The notes under the pieces are model-generated. The model searched no databases. It saw only the letters and a list, made by a program, of their open reading frames with translations, and was not told the origin of the DNA. The translations under genes were made by a program, and so were the position numbers. From the human T2T-CHM13v2.0 reference genome, Homo sapiens, in assembly GCF_009914755.1 (NCBI RefSeq), contig NC_060947.1: a stretch of 64,000 nucleotides of DNA; one strand, 5' to 3'. Positions 1 to 13,241 of the stretch are shown in pieces. How positions within the stretch are numbered: the stretch's first letter is position 1; the number at the start of each line of letters is the position of its first letter.

Positions 1-294
1 TTTTCCCATCATTATTATTCTTTTGATTATTTTTCTCAGCTGTTTAAAATGTTTGTGTAAAAAAATTCCTACCTCATAAGCCATACAAAACCCGTCAATG
101 GTCTTGATTTGTCCTATGGCCCATAATTTGCTGACCCTTGTTTTATGGCATATGCCTAGCAGTGGCATTACCATACCAAATGGAATGTGAAACTCCATCT
201 TAAACTAGATAGAGCCAGATTACTCTCCAAAATGAATGTAATAATGTATCTTTCTCTTCCTGCCCAATCTGATGTGTGTGAAAACATGTCACAT

Positions 295-436
295 TTTTTG
301 TTTTGCATTTTGTTTTATTTTAGAAAGGGGATCTTGCTAGTTGTCCAGGCTAGCTTTGAACTCCTGGGCTCAAACGATCCTCATGTCTCGATCTTCCTGT
401 GTCCAGGATTACAGGTGTGTACCTCCATGTCCAACT
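295..436 (-). mobile_element. Alu left-monomer (FLAM-like) fragment
   Basis: T-rich tail followed by ...gttgtccaggctagctttgaactcctgggctcaaacgatcc...ggattacaggtgtg, the reverse complement of a single Alu monomer. Confidence 0.75.
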
Positions 437-1675
437 CTCATTTTTGTTTTAATCGGTATTTTTCTACAAACTAGCACTTTCATCTTTCCATTCATTCAGA
501 CTTAGTGGAGAATATTCCATATGTTCATTAGCCACTTGCTTTCACTCTTCTATTGATTTACCTATCTGTTTTTTCAAGTTTTCTGCTGGATTGTTTGCTA
601 AATTTTCTTACTAATTTGTAGGGTTCTTTATAAAATCTGGATACTAATCTTTTTACAAATACAAATATTACATTGTATATGTTTTAGGTTTGTGACGTGT
701 TTGTTATACAGGAATAATTTATGTCAAAATTCATAATAGGTTGTGCTTTTTGTAAAAGAAATTTACAGATTAGATTACTTGCTATAAAAACATTGATACC
801 TATTTAAAAGATCACCACTACTGCTATAACTCCAACTCCAAAATTGAGAAGGAGCTGACACTCATCTCAGGCAAGCCCGTCTTCTGATTTTTCCCAGGTG
901 TTTTCCCTCCAGCCCTCATCTCCTTGTGTTGCTCCTTCCGTTCATTCTTCCACCTCTTTCTCTTGTGTGTCTTATTAAATCCTGCTCCTAGGTCCCCACT
1001 TAGATGCAAATGCCTGATACCTGCTTAGAGATTTTTCCAGACAAAGAGATCAGTGTCTTAATCTAAAGAGATAATTGACTGATATAAAATTTGAGGCATC
1101 AGTCAGCAAGATAAGGTAACTTTCTTGGTTCCCTGAAATCAAGCCAGATAGACCTGCTTTACCATTTCAATATAAATGAGATTATTCCTTCAACACAACA
1201 TATTATTGATTCAACATATGGTTTTTATATTCTATTAGGGAAATTTGAGATAATAAGAAAATGTAAGTGTTCCAAAAATGTATTACATGTTTTGCTAGCT
1301 TTTCTCCAGTGACAAGAGATGGAAAATACATTTGCTCTGTGTGGATCTTGCACCATGTCGAGTGACATAAATAAGATAATCTCTTTCATCCTATAATTCT
1401 TAAAACAATGTTCAGAGATATTCTTTCCCAAATGCTTTAAATTATGGTCTTTCAAAAGACAAGTACAGTATTTGTAAAGGGAAGAAGGATTTTGTAGCTT
1501 GTGTGGGAAGAGGGTTGTAATCAATGATAAAAAAGCTGAAGAACCACAATCTTGCAGGCAGCAAAGGGCAATTTACTTGGCTAGATCATGTCTCCAATAG
1601 TTGAGCTCTTATCTAATTGTACTAAAATGCTATAATGCCTGTTATGTTTATTTGGAGTATTACAAATAATTTTAG

Positions 1676-1995
1676 GAGGAGGGAGAAGTGAAAAGGTGGA
1701 GCACAGAGGATTTTTAGGGCAGTGAAACTACTCTATATATTATAATGGTGGATACTTGTCATTATACATTTGTCTAAACCAATCTAATGTACATGGGGTG
1801 AACCCTTATGTAAACTATGGGCTCTGTGTGATAATGTTGTATCGATATAGGTTTATCAGTTGTAACAAATGTACCACTCTGGTGAAGGCTGTTAGTAGTG
1901 GGGGAGGTTATGTGTGTGTGGGGGGTGGTATATAGAAAACCTCTGTACCTTCTGCTCAATTTTTGCTGTAAACCTAAAATGGCTCTTATGAAAAA
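1676..1995 (+). mobile_element. Old L1 3' end (L1MC-like)
   Basis: ggagcacagaggatttttagggcagtgaaactactct...tgtaacaaatgtaccactctggtg...ctctgtaccttctgctcaatttttgctgtaaacctaaaa matches the recalled L1MC 3' UTR. Confidence 0.75.
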
Positions 1996-2559
1996 AGATG
2001 ATGAGAAGAAAAGACTGCATTAAAAATAATAAAAGTATATTCATTTAACACATGCATTTGAGCAAAGATAAAATAAATGAATAAACAATTCTGCACGCCT
2101 TATGACCAGGTGTAAATTTTGGTTGGGTCCTCAGAACCTTGTCTGCGGTACTGCAGTCAGCATGACAGCTGCAGCAGGTGCCCTATGTCTCCTCATTGCC
2201 AGCCAACTAGCATTGTGGGAAAGTTAGCTTTCTTGGCCAGAACTAAATGATAATCACGGAGCAGCAAGTCACTTTCCAGACTTTATTTATAACAGCAAAT
2301 TAGCAGCAAGACAGCCAATGACCACAGTGGTTGCTGAATTAGTTTGCCTGGACTGAACTGGGCTTCCCATGGGTCTTGATAGCAAAGAGCACTGGGAAGT
2401 TGAATGTGGAATTACAAAACAAGACATTTCTCACTTCACAAGTCCTCTCCTCTCCCTACCCTTTCCTTAGGAATGTTTTAACCCCCACTTCTGGCCTTTG
2501 CTTCATAATAAATATCTCAGAAAATTATTCTATGAATTCTTTTTGAAACTGTTTCTGCC

Positions 2560-2606
2560 TTTGTTTTGTTGTTGTTGTTTTTGTTGTTTGTTTGCTTGTT
2601 TGTTTT
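2560..2606 (+). repeat. (TTG)n/(TTTG)n low-complexity tract
   Basis: ttgttttgttgttgttgttttt gtttgtttgcttgtttgttttg seen directly. Confidence 0.8.
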
Positions 2607-2891
2607 GAAACATAGCCATAAGGAATGTTTTTCATTGCTCTCTTTCCTGCCCTGAATGAGGAATAGACACTTGGGGTAGAGAACGAAGAACATTTCTCAG
2701 TTCTACTGGAAGTTGGCTGCAGCATATCAAATGCATGAATAAAGCATTTGGTTCTTAAGATAGAGTTATATCTTCACTGACTCCTTTACCCTCTATAGAG
2801 TAGCGCCAACTGGTGTTTCCAAATGGCAAGTTAGTAGTCCTTAGATAGGATAATGCTGGTGAAAGCATCAACTGCAGCTTAAACCCTAGCA

Positions 2892-2895
<4 letters not shown>

Positions 2896-2934
<39 letters not shown>

Positions 2935-2968
2935 TGTGTGTGTGGAGAGAGAGAGAGAGCGAGCGAGC
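2896..2968 (+). repeat. Compound (TG)n(GA)n microsatellite
   Basis: About 24 TG units followed by a GA run, seen directly. Confidence 0.95.
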
Positions 2969-4332
2969 ATATCCTGACCTGTTGCCAGGGTTTACAGGAC
3001 AGCCTAGTGTCTTGAGACAGAAATCTTACCTAAAGATTCTAAAAGTTAGCTTTAAATCAAAGTCTATTTGTCAGAAGCAAGAGTGGATGGGAAAGAATAC
3101 CGCCTGGCAGCTTAAGAGTCCTAGTTGAAAACTACAGATGATCAAATAAATACCTGCTATTCCCACTTTGATCTGGAAAGTTCTGATTTCCCCCTGGTAG
3201 CCCATAGAGATCAAGGACCCTCAAAAATCCACAATTGAAGGCACTCTGATTTCCCTTCCTCCACAGAGAGCAGATTTTCTACCACTTTATCTATGCATTG
3301 ATGACCTTTCCTTAGCCCTTGATGGTAACTGCTTTTGCTTCTAGGAATTCCTTGCTCAAATTCCACAAAACAACTCTATTTTTATTCTCTCCCTCCTCCA
3401 AACAGACCTTTTTCTGCATTCTCTTCTCTCTTTCCTAAATCTGCACTCAACCTTGTTCATCATGAATGCCTCCAGACTGGATAATACACCTCAAGTTTGT
3501 ATTATTTTAATACCATTTCCAAACACTATCCCTGCCTCCAGTTCTTTCATAGTGGCACAGCGTTGCATTTTTCTTCTCAAATTATTTCCTCAGCTCTGCC
3601 AGCACCCTTTTCCTCTCATTCTGTTTTTTTTATTAATTCATTTTTCTCATGATTTTACAGGGCTTATGTTTCTTTATATTTCCATCAGAGTTTGAGTCAA
3701 ATGTTCTTTTGTGTACTTGAATAAATCTTCCACTGGTTATTTACATCATCTGCCTCCTCCATCGCAAATTTACTGTTTCCAGTTATAAGCATTTTTGTTT
3801 AGACCCCACATTTGTGTTCTGTTTTGTGTACTTTGAATTGGGACTGTTCTGCTTGTCTTCCCAGTAGGTAGCAATGACAGAATCTTTTTATTTCATCTGA
3901 CCTCTCTTTGAATCTTGCTCTTGGAACCCTAGATGGAGGGCTGGGCATTACTGCTATTAGACTATATTCAGTCCCTCGGTTCCTAATGGCACAAGGAAGG
4001 GAGTGTGGGGCTTTGAGCTGGAAACAGAGAAATCCACCTTCTTGACATTTCCTTCCCGAACTGATGAAACTCGTGCACCAGGGGTATTATGTGTCAGGCC
4101 AAGGCATGCCATTTCTAATGGAAAAGCATCTCTCATATTTTCACCCACTTAGGGCTGACCTGTCCACTTTGCAGAGAAAGTGGGTAAGGGTGAAATCTAG
4201 AGGCTTTCCAGACTTCTGTTTGTTGACACCGTGTGGAATTTTCTATACATAGTTCTCTTTGATGCACTGCTGCCAGTTGGTCTCTAGATACCATTTTATG
4301 CTGTTCCTCGCCCCAAGCATCACCTGCAGACT

Positions 4333-4353
4333 TCTCTCTCTCTCTCTCTCTCA
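4333..4353 (+). repeat. (CT)n microsatellite
   Basis: tctctctctctctctctctc seen directly. Confidence 0.9.
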
Positions 4354-4432
4354 GGAAGTCCAGCCAATAAAGAAGAGTATTACATGGCTCCACACTTTTC
4401 CTTTAGTGCCATAATCACTGCTCCTCCATGGG

Positions 4433-4980
4433 GTGTTCATTCACTGTTGCTGTATAACAAATTACTGCAATTTTAGTGGCTTAAAGCAACACACATTATT
4501 TTACAGTTTCTGTGGCTCATGTTTGAGCACAGCTTAGCTAGGTCCTCTGCTCAAGACCTCACATGCCTGCAATGCTGGTGTCAGCCAGGGCTACAGTCAC
4601 CTGTAGCCAGACTGGAGAAAGATCTTCCTCCAAGTTCCCTCAGGCCGTTGGGAGAAGTCATCTCCTTGAGGTCGTAGAACCAAAGTCCTTGGTTTCTCAC
4701 TAGCTGTCAGATGGAGACTGTCTTCAGGTCCTAGATGATTCCCACGGTTTCAAGAAATGTGGCTTATTCCATAGGCAGTTCACAACATGATAGCTCACTT
4801 CTTGAAGGCCAGCAGGATAATTTCTCATTCTAGTGTTTTAAGGCGAAGTCTTATATTATGTAATATAATAATGCGAATAGCATCCCAGCAACTTTTCCAT
4901 TGTCTATTGGTTAGAAGCATCCACACTCAAGGGGAAGGGATTCTACAAGAATGGATTCATTGCAGGTCACCTTGGGGTAT
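4433..4980 (-). mobile_element. MLT1 (E/F-like) MaLR solo LTR
   Basis: ttgctgtataacaaattac...agtggcttaaagcaacacac...gtcctctgctca...ccacactcaaggggaagggatt resembles the MLT1 LTR reverse complement and the copy at 13242-13783. Confidence 0.7.
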
Positions 4981-5252
4981 GAAGAATGAAACTGGCCATT
5001 TCTTCTTAGCAGAGCCTCTCAGAATTTATTGCCTCTCTTCTTGTACCACAAACACCTTCTAAAGACTCTGCAACCCTCTGAATAGGGAACATCAAGTTCT
5101 AGATGCAGTACATTTCCACAATCAAGAAAATAATTGTAAAGGTATCTGATTTTACAGTCCATAAGCATTAACGTCAATTTGGTTGGTTTAATTATCAAGT
5201 GTCAGATTCCATCCTAAGAAATCACTTAGAAACACAGTACTAATGTCTAGGA

Positions 5253-5481
5253 CAGTATTTCTCAACCTCAACATTATTGACATTTGAATCTGTATAATTC
5301 TTTGTGGTGGAGCACTACCCTGCGCATTGTAGGATGTTTAGTAACACCCCTGGCCTCTGCACACCACATACCAGTAGCACTCCTCACCTTTCTGGTTGTA
5401 TCAACTAAAAATGTCTCCAGACACTGGAAAGTGTCGCTTGGTAAGTGGGGGTGCATAATCAACCTCAATTGAGATCCACTA
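5253..5481 (+). mobile_element. MER20 hAT-Charlie DNA transposon fossil
   Basis: cagtatttctcaacctcaacattattgacatttg...tgtaggatgtttag...aaaaatgtctccagaca...ttgagatccact; ~230 bp with degenerate terminal inverted repeats. Confidence 0.85.
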
Positions 5482-8400
5482 AGCCAGGGTCTTTCCCCAG
5501 GTTTCCATTAAGGAGACAGTGGGCGTCTCTTGATTGCAGTAAAATCCATGCAGTGTAATTTCATGGAAACATAATTAGGGTGAAATTGGTATGAACACAG
5601 CTGTGAGTCTCCCACTGCATTACAACTGATGATCTAAGGCAATTGGAAATTTAGAACTGGTTTCAGGCAGCCTACTAGGGTTTAAAGGGTTCCAGTCCTA
5701 ATTTGGACCATAATTTCTGTATGCTCAGGTCACCTCATCTGTAAAATATGTATATTTTACACATTTCTATAAAATAATGGTAGAATAATGGTATTGTAGC
5801 ACCAGAAGCCATACTTTTATTTGATTTGAAAAGTTCTCTATGTTTATTGAAATTCTCCACCGCCGCCCCCTCCCCCCACACCAACAATGTACCTAGTAGT
5901 TGAAATATCTATTTACCATTGACAGTCTCAGGACATTTAACTAAAAAAGAATGAAGTTTTGCAACTTATATAATTAAACATTAATAAAAACTCAGATGAA
6001 AGATACAGTTATTTTAATGAATCTGTACACAAGATCCATTTCCAAAGGTTTATGTCCCCATTTTTACACTTTAAGACTTTATTTTTTAGCCCTTCCAATA
6101 ATAAAATGTACACAACTGGAAATGAAAGTCCTCAGACACATGTTTGGCAATCTATTAGAAATTGCAATTTGTATAGATGACCCCATAAATCTAAAGTACT
6201 GGCACTCATGAAAGATTATTTCCATTTATTTTGTTTCATTATGTAATATTTTTCTCTAAGCCAAGGTAGTATTAGGTCCTGCCAGTGCTATACTCATAAC
6301 CTGATGATTTCATTTATTTTGTAAACATCTGCAGTCTTAGACCTACCTATTTAAGTCATTCTGCTATTGGCAGCGTTAACTGAAATATATTCTGCAACCA
6401 AGGTCTTAAAATAGAGACCTATTAATAATCTATTGCTACAATATAAACTGGCTAAAAACATGAATGTCTCTTTACATTCTAGGCTTTAAATAAAAAGTAA
6501 AATTAAGGATACATCTTAATGTGCCATTTGGATCATTAACACATTTGTGTAGAAATTAAGTTTTTACATTTTGAAAATTGTTGCTGAGCCAGTTACTTTT
6601 GGAAACTCTTAGAGATCAGATCCTTCTAATCAGTAACACGCTTCTTTCTCTGAGTGCAGATAGAATGAAGAGAGGAGAGGATGATAGCATTATTTGCCAA
6701 CTCTGTGGCTCTCCACTTTTCCCTCCATAATAAGTTAGCAAATTCTTTTTCTTGCTTTACTTTGATTACCCAGGGATAGATTCACTATTTCTAAGTTTCA
6801 TACCTAAAATGGTTTTACATTGCAGTCTTGGTTTACACTTGTTTTCCTGGTGTCATTATTTTCAAAATCTTCATTCACTCTCAAAAGCTTTCTGGTTTGG
6901 ACGATAACATATGTGGTCCTCCTTCTAATCACCTCTTCTTGACAGCCTGGTGAAAAAGTGGTCCATGTTTCTATTTAGGTGGTATCACCACATATGTCCA
7001 CCAGGGAGTGCTCTTGTTTTTGGCTTACATCCCTCAGCTAGAGGTGGTTTTTCTCCTGGCAAATTTTAAGTGAGGAGAAAAAGCCTGTGGATTTCTGTGA
7101 GAAGACATTTAACTAGACACAAAGCTCTCAGTAGAACTTCTAAAACTTGGAAGCAAAAAAATAAAAACACAGTCTACCTTGAAACCATAAGAAAATATCA
7201 GCACCTGTAGAAGGAACAGAAGACAGTTATTCCTAGGAGAAAAATAAGAGGAAGCATCTAGGGTTCTAGAAATTATGTATTATGTGATTATCTGGGAATT
7301 ATAATTCAGAGAGAATTTATGAGCATGTCTCTTTCAGTAGTGATTACAGCTGCTTTTTTAGGTAACTGAAGAAGGTCAATGCAATACTGTCATATGTTTC
7401 TTCAGCAACTCTGCTAAACCATGTAAAAGCTGAATTATTTCTTTATAAAGGCATCAATATTGTATTTTATTACCTTCCCCCAAAATGTGCCAGACTTAAC
7501 TAGTGTGAATTATTTACCTATTTGTTTGCCTTTCCTCCCATTTAAATGGCTGCTTATTTAAAGCTACCTACAGGAAACTTTATCACAGCAAATCTTTCCT
7601 TGCTTTTGCAAATTGGTTCTTTTCATGAGCTAAATCACCTAGTACAGAGCACATGACCCAAAGACTAGACTATGGTTTACTACAACCTGCTGCCCAGCAG
7701 GAAACCCTGGCCCCTCATATGCTAAGACCACAGAGAATGATAATAAGCGTTCCTTTGTTGCATTTATTTTTATCTTGGTTGTAGATATAACCTGTGTGTT
7801 ATAATTGGGTTGAGGTTAATGCTGACAACATTTTCCTTCCCTCTAGGCTAATAGTATCTTTCTTTTTTCAACTCACATTTTCCCATAAGCTACACTGTGG
7901 GAGGGCTGCCAATATATTTACTTACTTACAGTTTAATATGAGCAAAGCAGTCTTCATCAGGTGATTTTCAGGTCATGGTTTTATCAGTGGTGAACTTGTC
8001 ATGACTCGATGTTTCTCTTTTTTATGACTTCTTTCTCAGCCATGACTTTGACCATAGAGTCTTACATACTCTATGTACTTAACAGAGAGAAAGGAAGTTT
8101 GTAGATCTAGTAACAGGCTGATAAGGAACAACAAGGCTGACTGAAACCTTTCCCACCCTGAATGACACTTAGATCACTGCTTTTAGAATACTAGTTTCTT
8201 CTATTTAATTCTTTTGGTATGATTTTAGATTCCAATGGGGAGGGAGAAATATATGGCCATCCACCCTTTCAGGAGTTGTGCTTTTCATGTTTTTATTACC
8301 TTTGAAATTCCCTAATGGCACCAAAATTGACAGCTCCTACCTTAGAAAATTTCATCAGTATTCTCTGCTCTGTATGAAATGAATTTCCTCATTCCTATGA

Positions 8401-8735
8401 AATTTATGATGTGAGGAGTGAGCCACCATAAATATTTTTCCCCTCACTGTGACATTATTCAGACAGTCAGTGAGTTATACTTTTGAAATTATCTGATGTA
8501 GCCCGATTGACAATATTTTTAGTTTTCTTTCCTTTCAAGTGTCAAACACAAGTCATTTTCTATAGGAGACTGATAAACTGTTAAAGCAAAATGAGATATT
8601 TACCCAAATAAAATTATAATATGAGATGCAATTAATTCCTTGTTTATTGTGTCTTTGAAAATGTCGAATTGTGTTTCTCTGTGGTTGTGTGTATATGTGC
8701 ATTCTGAAGCACCTTTCTTTTTGCAAAAGGCTTAT

Positions 8736-11024
8736 TGATATGGTTTGGCTGTGTCATGACCCAAATCTCAACTTGAATTGTATCTCCCAGAATTTCCACA
8801 TGTTGTGGGAAAGACCAGGGGGATGTAATTGAATCATGGGGGCTGGTCTTTCCTGTGCTATTCTCATGATAGTGAATAAGTCTGATGAGATCTGATGGGT
8901 TTATCAGGGGTTTCCACTTTTGCTTCTTCCTCATTTTTCTCTTGCTACTACCATGTAAGAAGTGCCTTTTGCCTCTTGCCATGATTCTGAGGCCTCCCCA
9001 GCCATGTGGAACTGTAAGTCCAATTAAACCTGTTTTTGTTCCCAGTTTTGGGGATGTCTTTATCAGGAGAATGAAAATGAGCTAATACAGTAAATTGGTA
9101 CTAGAAGTGGGGTATTGCTGAAAAGATACCCAAAAATGTGGAAGTGACTTTGGAACTGGGTAACAGGCAGAGGTTGGAACAATTTGGAGGGCTCAGAAGA
9201 AGACAGGAAAATGTGGAAAAGTTTGGAACCTCCTAGACACTTATTGAATGGCTTTGACAAAAATATTGATAGTGATATGAACAATAAGGTCCAGGATGAG
9301 GTGGTCTCAGATGAAGATGAGGAACTTGGGAACTAGAGCAAAGATGACTCTTGCTATGTTTTAGCAAAGAGACTAGCGGCATTTTCCCCCTGCCCTAGAG
9401 ATTGGTGGAACTTTGAAATTGAGAGAGATGATTTAGGGTATCTGGCAGAAGAAATTTATAAGCAGCAAAGCATTCAAAAGGTAACTTGGGTGCTGTTAAA
9501 AGCAATCCATTTTAAAAGGGAAATTGAGCATAAAAATTCAGAAAATTTGCAGCCTGATGATGCAGTAGAAATGAAAAACCCATTTTTTGAGGAGACATTC
9601 AAGCTGGCTACAGAAATTTGCATAAGTACCAAGGAGCCTAATGTTAATTCTCAAGACCATGGGGAAAATGTCTCCAGGCCATGTGAGAGACCTTCATGGC
9701 ATCCCCTCCCATCACAGGCCTGGAGGCCCAGGAGGAAAAAGTGGTTTCATGGGCCAGGCCCAGGGTTCCCATGCTGCGTGCAGCCTAGGGACTTGGTGCC
9801 CTGCGTCCCAGCCACTCCAGCCATGGCTGAAAGGGGCTAATGTAGAGCTTGGGATGTGGCTTCAGAGGGTGCAAGCCCCAAGCCTTGGCAGCTTCCATGT
9901 GGTGTTGAGCTTGCAGGTACACAGAAGTCAAGAATTGAGGTTTGGGAACCTCCGCCTAGATTTCAGAAGATGTATGGAAATGCCTGGATGCCCAGGCAAA
10001 AGTTTGCTGCAGAGGTGGGGGCCCTCATGGAGAACATCTGCTAGGGCAGTGTGGAAGGGAAATGTGGGGTCAGAGCCCCCAAACAGAGTCCCTACTGGGG
10101 TACTGCCTAGTGGAGCTATGAGAAGAAGGCCATCATCCTCCAGACCCCAGAATGGTAGATCCACTGGCAGTTTGTACTGTGTGCCTGGAAAAGCCATAGA
10201 CACTCAATGCCAGCCTGTGAAAGCAGCCAGGAGAGAGGCTGTACCCTGCAAAGCCACAGGGGCGGCTGCCCAAGACCATGGGAACCCACCTCTTGCATCT
10301 GAATGACCTGGATGTGAGACCTGGAGTCAAAGGAGATCATTTTGGAGCTTTAAAATTTGACTGTCCCACTGGATTTCAGACTTGCATGAGCCCTGTAACC
10401 CCTTTGTTTTGGCGAATTTCTCCCATTTGGAACAGCTGTATGTATCAAATGCCTGTACCCCCATTGTATCTAGGAAGTAACTAGCTTGCTTTTGATTTTA
10501 CAGGCTCATAGGTGGAAGGGACTTGCCTTGTCTCAGATGAGACTTTGGACTGTCAACTTTTAGTTAATGCTGAAATGAGTTAAGACTTTGGGGGACTGTT
10601 GGGAAGGCGTGATTGCTTTTGAAATGTAAGGACATGAGATTTGGAGGGGCCAGGGGGCAGAATGATATGGTTTGGCTGTGTCCCCACCCAAATCTCAACT
10701 TGAATTGTATCTCCCAAAATTCTCATGTGTTATGGGAGGGACCCAGTGGGGGGGGGGGGTAATTGAATCATGGGGGCTGGTCTTTCCTGTGCTATTCTCA
10801 TGATAATGAATAACTCTCACAAGATCTGATGGGTTTATCAGGGGTTTCCGCTTTTGCTTCTTCCTAATTTTTCTCTTGCTGCCACCATGTAAGAAGTGCC
10901 TTTTGCCTCCTGCCATGATTCTGAGGCCTCCCCAGCCATGTGGAACTGTAAGTCCGATTAAACCTCTTTTTATTCCCAGTTTTGGGTATGTCTTTGTCAG
11001 CAATGTGAAAAAAAAACTAATACA
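8736..11024 (+). mobile_element. Full-length THE1A-like MaLR provirus (LTR 8736-9089, internal 9090-10662, LTR 10663-11024)
   Basis: Two ~355 bp direct LTRs tgatatggtttggctgtgtc...ctaataca; polypurine tract ggaggggccagggggcagaa before the 3' LTR; perfect 5-bp target-site duplication (TSD) CTTAT at 8731-8735 and 11025-11029; fragmented MaLR ORF remnants. Confidence 0.95.
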
Positions 11025-11695
11025 CTTATATTTCAGAATGAGTAAACAGATGGAATATTCAAATAATTTGGGTGCTCTGTAGGAGTGATGGAGAATTTCT
11101 GATGTTAGTATTAAGAATCTTATTTCTGATTATCAAAATAAAGCCAAAATCTTTGGTGGGTCATTATTTAAAATAATGAACATTTTCCAACATAGTAGGA
11201 CAACAAATAAGCATGGATTTTGAAATTTCTTGCCTCTTCTCTGTGAATAAAAGCAGAATGGTATAATTGATAATTAAAAGCATCTTCTTACATAGGAAAA
11301 TTCCAGAAGAAAGAAGCCACATTGGTTGGAAGCTTTGGAAAGACCAATTACTTAAGAGCGAGATCCCCTTGTGTATGGAAGATTTGATGGCACATGGATT
11401 TGGACAGGAGAATATGCACATTGACGACATAAAAGCCTTCAGACAAACTCTAATGTGACATTTTAAATTTTGGTAGAGCGAGAAAAGTGTTGGGGAAAAG
11501 ACAGTTGTTTGGATATCATCAGGGGATCAGAAATAATGGAAGAATAGAAAATAAAAAACAGCATGGATAAAATGCCTATAGTCTCAACCCAGTATATTTA
11601 AAACTCAGTGCTGGGAATAAAAGAAATCACAAGATAGATACTAATCTCAATTAAACAATTAACTCTCATAATGGTGTTTACTAATGCCCCATAAT

Positions 11696-11720
11696 AGCAG
11701 ATATACCACCAGATGGCAAT
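11696..11720 (+). promoter_or_regulatory. Candidate CTCF binding motif
   Basis: CCACCAGATGGCA at 11706-11718 fits the CTCF core; AGCAG 5 bp upstream resembles the upstream module; not in a recognised repeat. Confidence 0.4.
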
Positions 11721-11957
11721 TTTATTCAGTAAATGTGACTTCAAAGAGTTGAATTAAAGTCTTCATGTGGATCTACCATACGGCAATTACTGCACTAAAC
11801 ATGTGTATTTCTATTTTGTAAAATTAAAATATAATTTAAATGTCTGAGAGGGCTTATGTTTTATAGAAACCTGTGAGTATCTTTTGAATACTGAAAAACA
11901 TTAATTGATCTGATTGTATTATGAATAATACCCCTTAATGAATTTTTTTAAAAAAAT

Positions 11958-12117
11958 AGCTAGATGCAGTGTCTCATACCTATAGTCCCAGCTACTCTGG
12001 AGGCTGAGGTGGGTGGGAGGATCTCTTGAGCTCAGAAGTTTGAGGCTGCAATGAACTATGATTGTACCACTGCACTCCAGCCTGGTCAACAGAGCAAGAC
12101 CCTGTCTCTTAAAGAAA
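11958..12117 (+). mobile_element. Alu right-monomer (FRAM-like)
   Basis: cctatagtcccagctactctggaggctgagg...ccactgcactccagcctgg...gcaagaccctgtctc followed by an A-rich tail. Confidence 0.8.
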
Positions 12118-12151
12118 TTAGTGAATTAAAATTAAAATTAAAAAATTCTGG

Positions 12152-12448
12152 ATGCTGGACATGTGGGCATGATTGCTCGTGCCTGTAATCCCAGCACTTT
12201 GGGAGACTGAGGCAGGAGGCTTATTTGAGCCCAGGAGCTCAAGACCAGCCTGGGCAACATAGTGAGATCCCATCTCTACAAAAAATATAAAAATTAGCCA
12301 GGGGTGGTGTGCACCTGTAGTCCCAGCTATTTGGGAGGCTGAGGTGGGAGGATCACTGAAGCCCAAGAGGTTGAGGCTGTGGTGAACTGTGATTGCACCA
12401 CTGTACTCCAGCATGGGCAACAGAGCAAAATTCTGTCTCAAAAAAAAA
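12152..12448 (+). mobile_element. AluJ (Jo/Jr-like) dimer
   Basis: Two monomers with A-rich linker and poly(A); flanking repeat AAAAATTCTG at 12141-12150 and 12444-12453. Confidence 0.92.
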
Positions 12449-12637
12449 TTCTGAGATTGGACAGATACATGCTGGCTGTTCTGCCTATTTTTTATCTTTT
12501 AAAAATTATTTTCAAACAATAAAAGTTATAGAAGAAAAACACTCTTAAACCTATTATATAATAATGATTGATATAACTACTACCATTTATAGACAGCATT
12601 ATATTTGAGTATTTTCTAGTCATTTGCATATCTGCCT

Positions 12638-12642
<5 letters not shown>

Positions 12643-12674
<32 letters not shown>
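12643..12674 (+). repeat. (TG)n microsatellite
   Basis: About 16 TG units seen directly. Confidence 0.95.
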
Positions 12675-12679
<5 letters not shown>

Positions 12680-13241
12680 TTTTGGGGATATATCCTGTGA
12701 GATTTTACATGCACACAAAAGCACACACACTAAAATGTAGGCAGAGGGAGGAAATGGTTCTGTAGTTAAATGTTATAGAAATGCTGTGTACTTACCTTCT
12801 TCTTGTGGGTATACAAATTTCTTTAGAGTGTTGAAGGCTCTAAAACATCTGTAATAAAGGAACTTGCTTAATTTTGCATTACTCACCATTTCCCAAACAT
12901 ATTTGACTCTGAAACTGTTTTGTTGTTGTTGTTGTTTTCTCTATAGCAACTAATAACTCAAAGAACACATCTGAAAAAATATCGAGGCTTTCTATTTAAA
13001 AGTTTATAATTCCAAAAAAAGTTTATATTCCTGGAATGGATATGTGACTGGGTCATTAATGTTTAATCTATCAGAGAGTAATAGGCAATTCTCTTTAAGA
13101 CTCTGGAGAAATGAGAGAATTTGGGTGCTTAAGGAATAGGGTGACAAGAGTGCCTCTCTTTCAAAGATGGGGCAAGGTGAGGAAGTCCGGGTGGGATGTG
13201 ACGTGGAGGGCCCTGCAAAGCTAGGCTGGTCCTGAGAACAC

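Noticed and set aside
9490-10484. ORFs of 116 and 221 aa
   Set aside because: They lie inside the THE1A internal region and are broken or alternative-frame MaLR sequence, not host genes
12118-12441. Alu-derived ORFs (also 21687-21941, 49685-49978, 59717-60126)
   Set aside because: Standard antisense-Alu translations, not genes
12788-12800. Strong minus-strand splice donor AAG|GTAAGT (similar sites at ~25085 and ~44898)
   Set aside because: Isolated donors are expected by chance in 64 kb, and I found no matching acceptor or ORF
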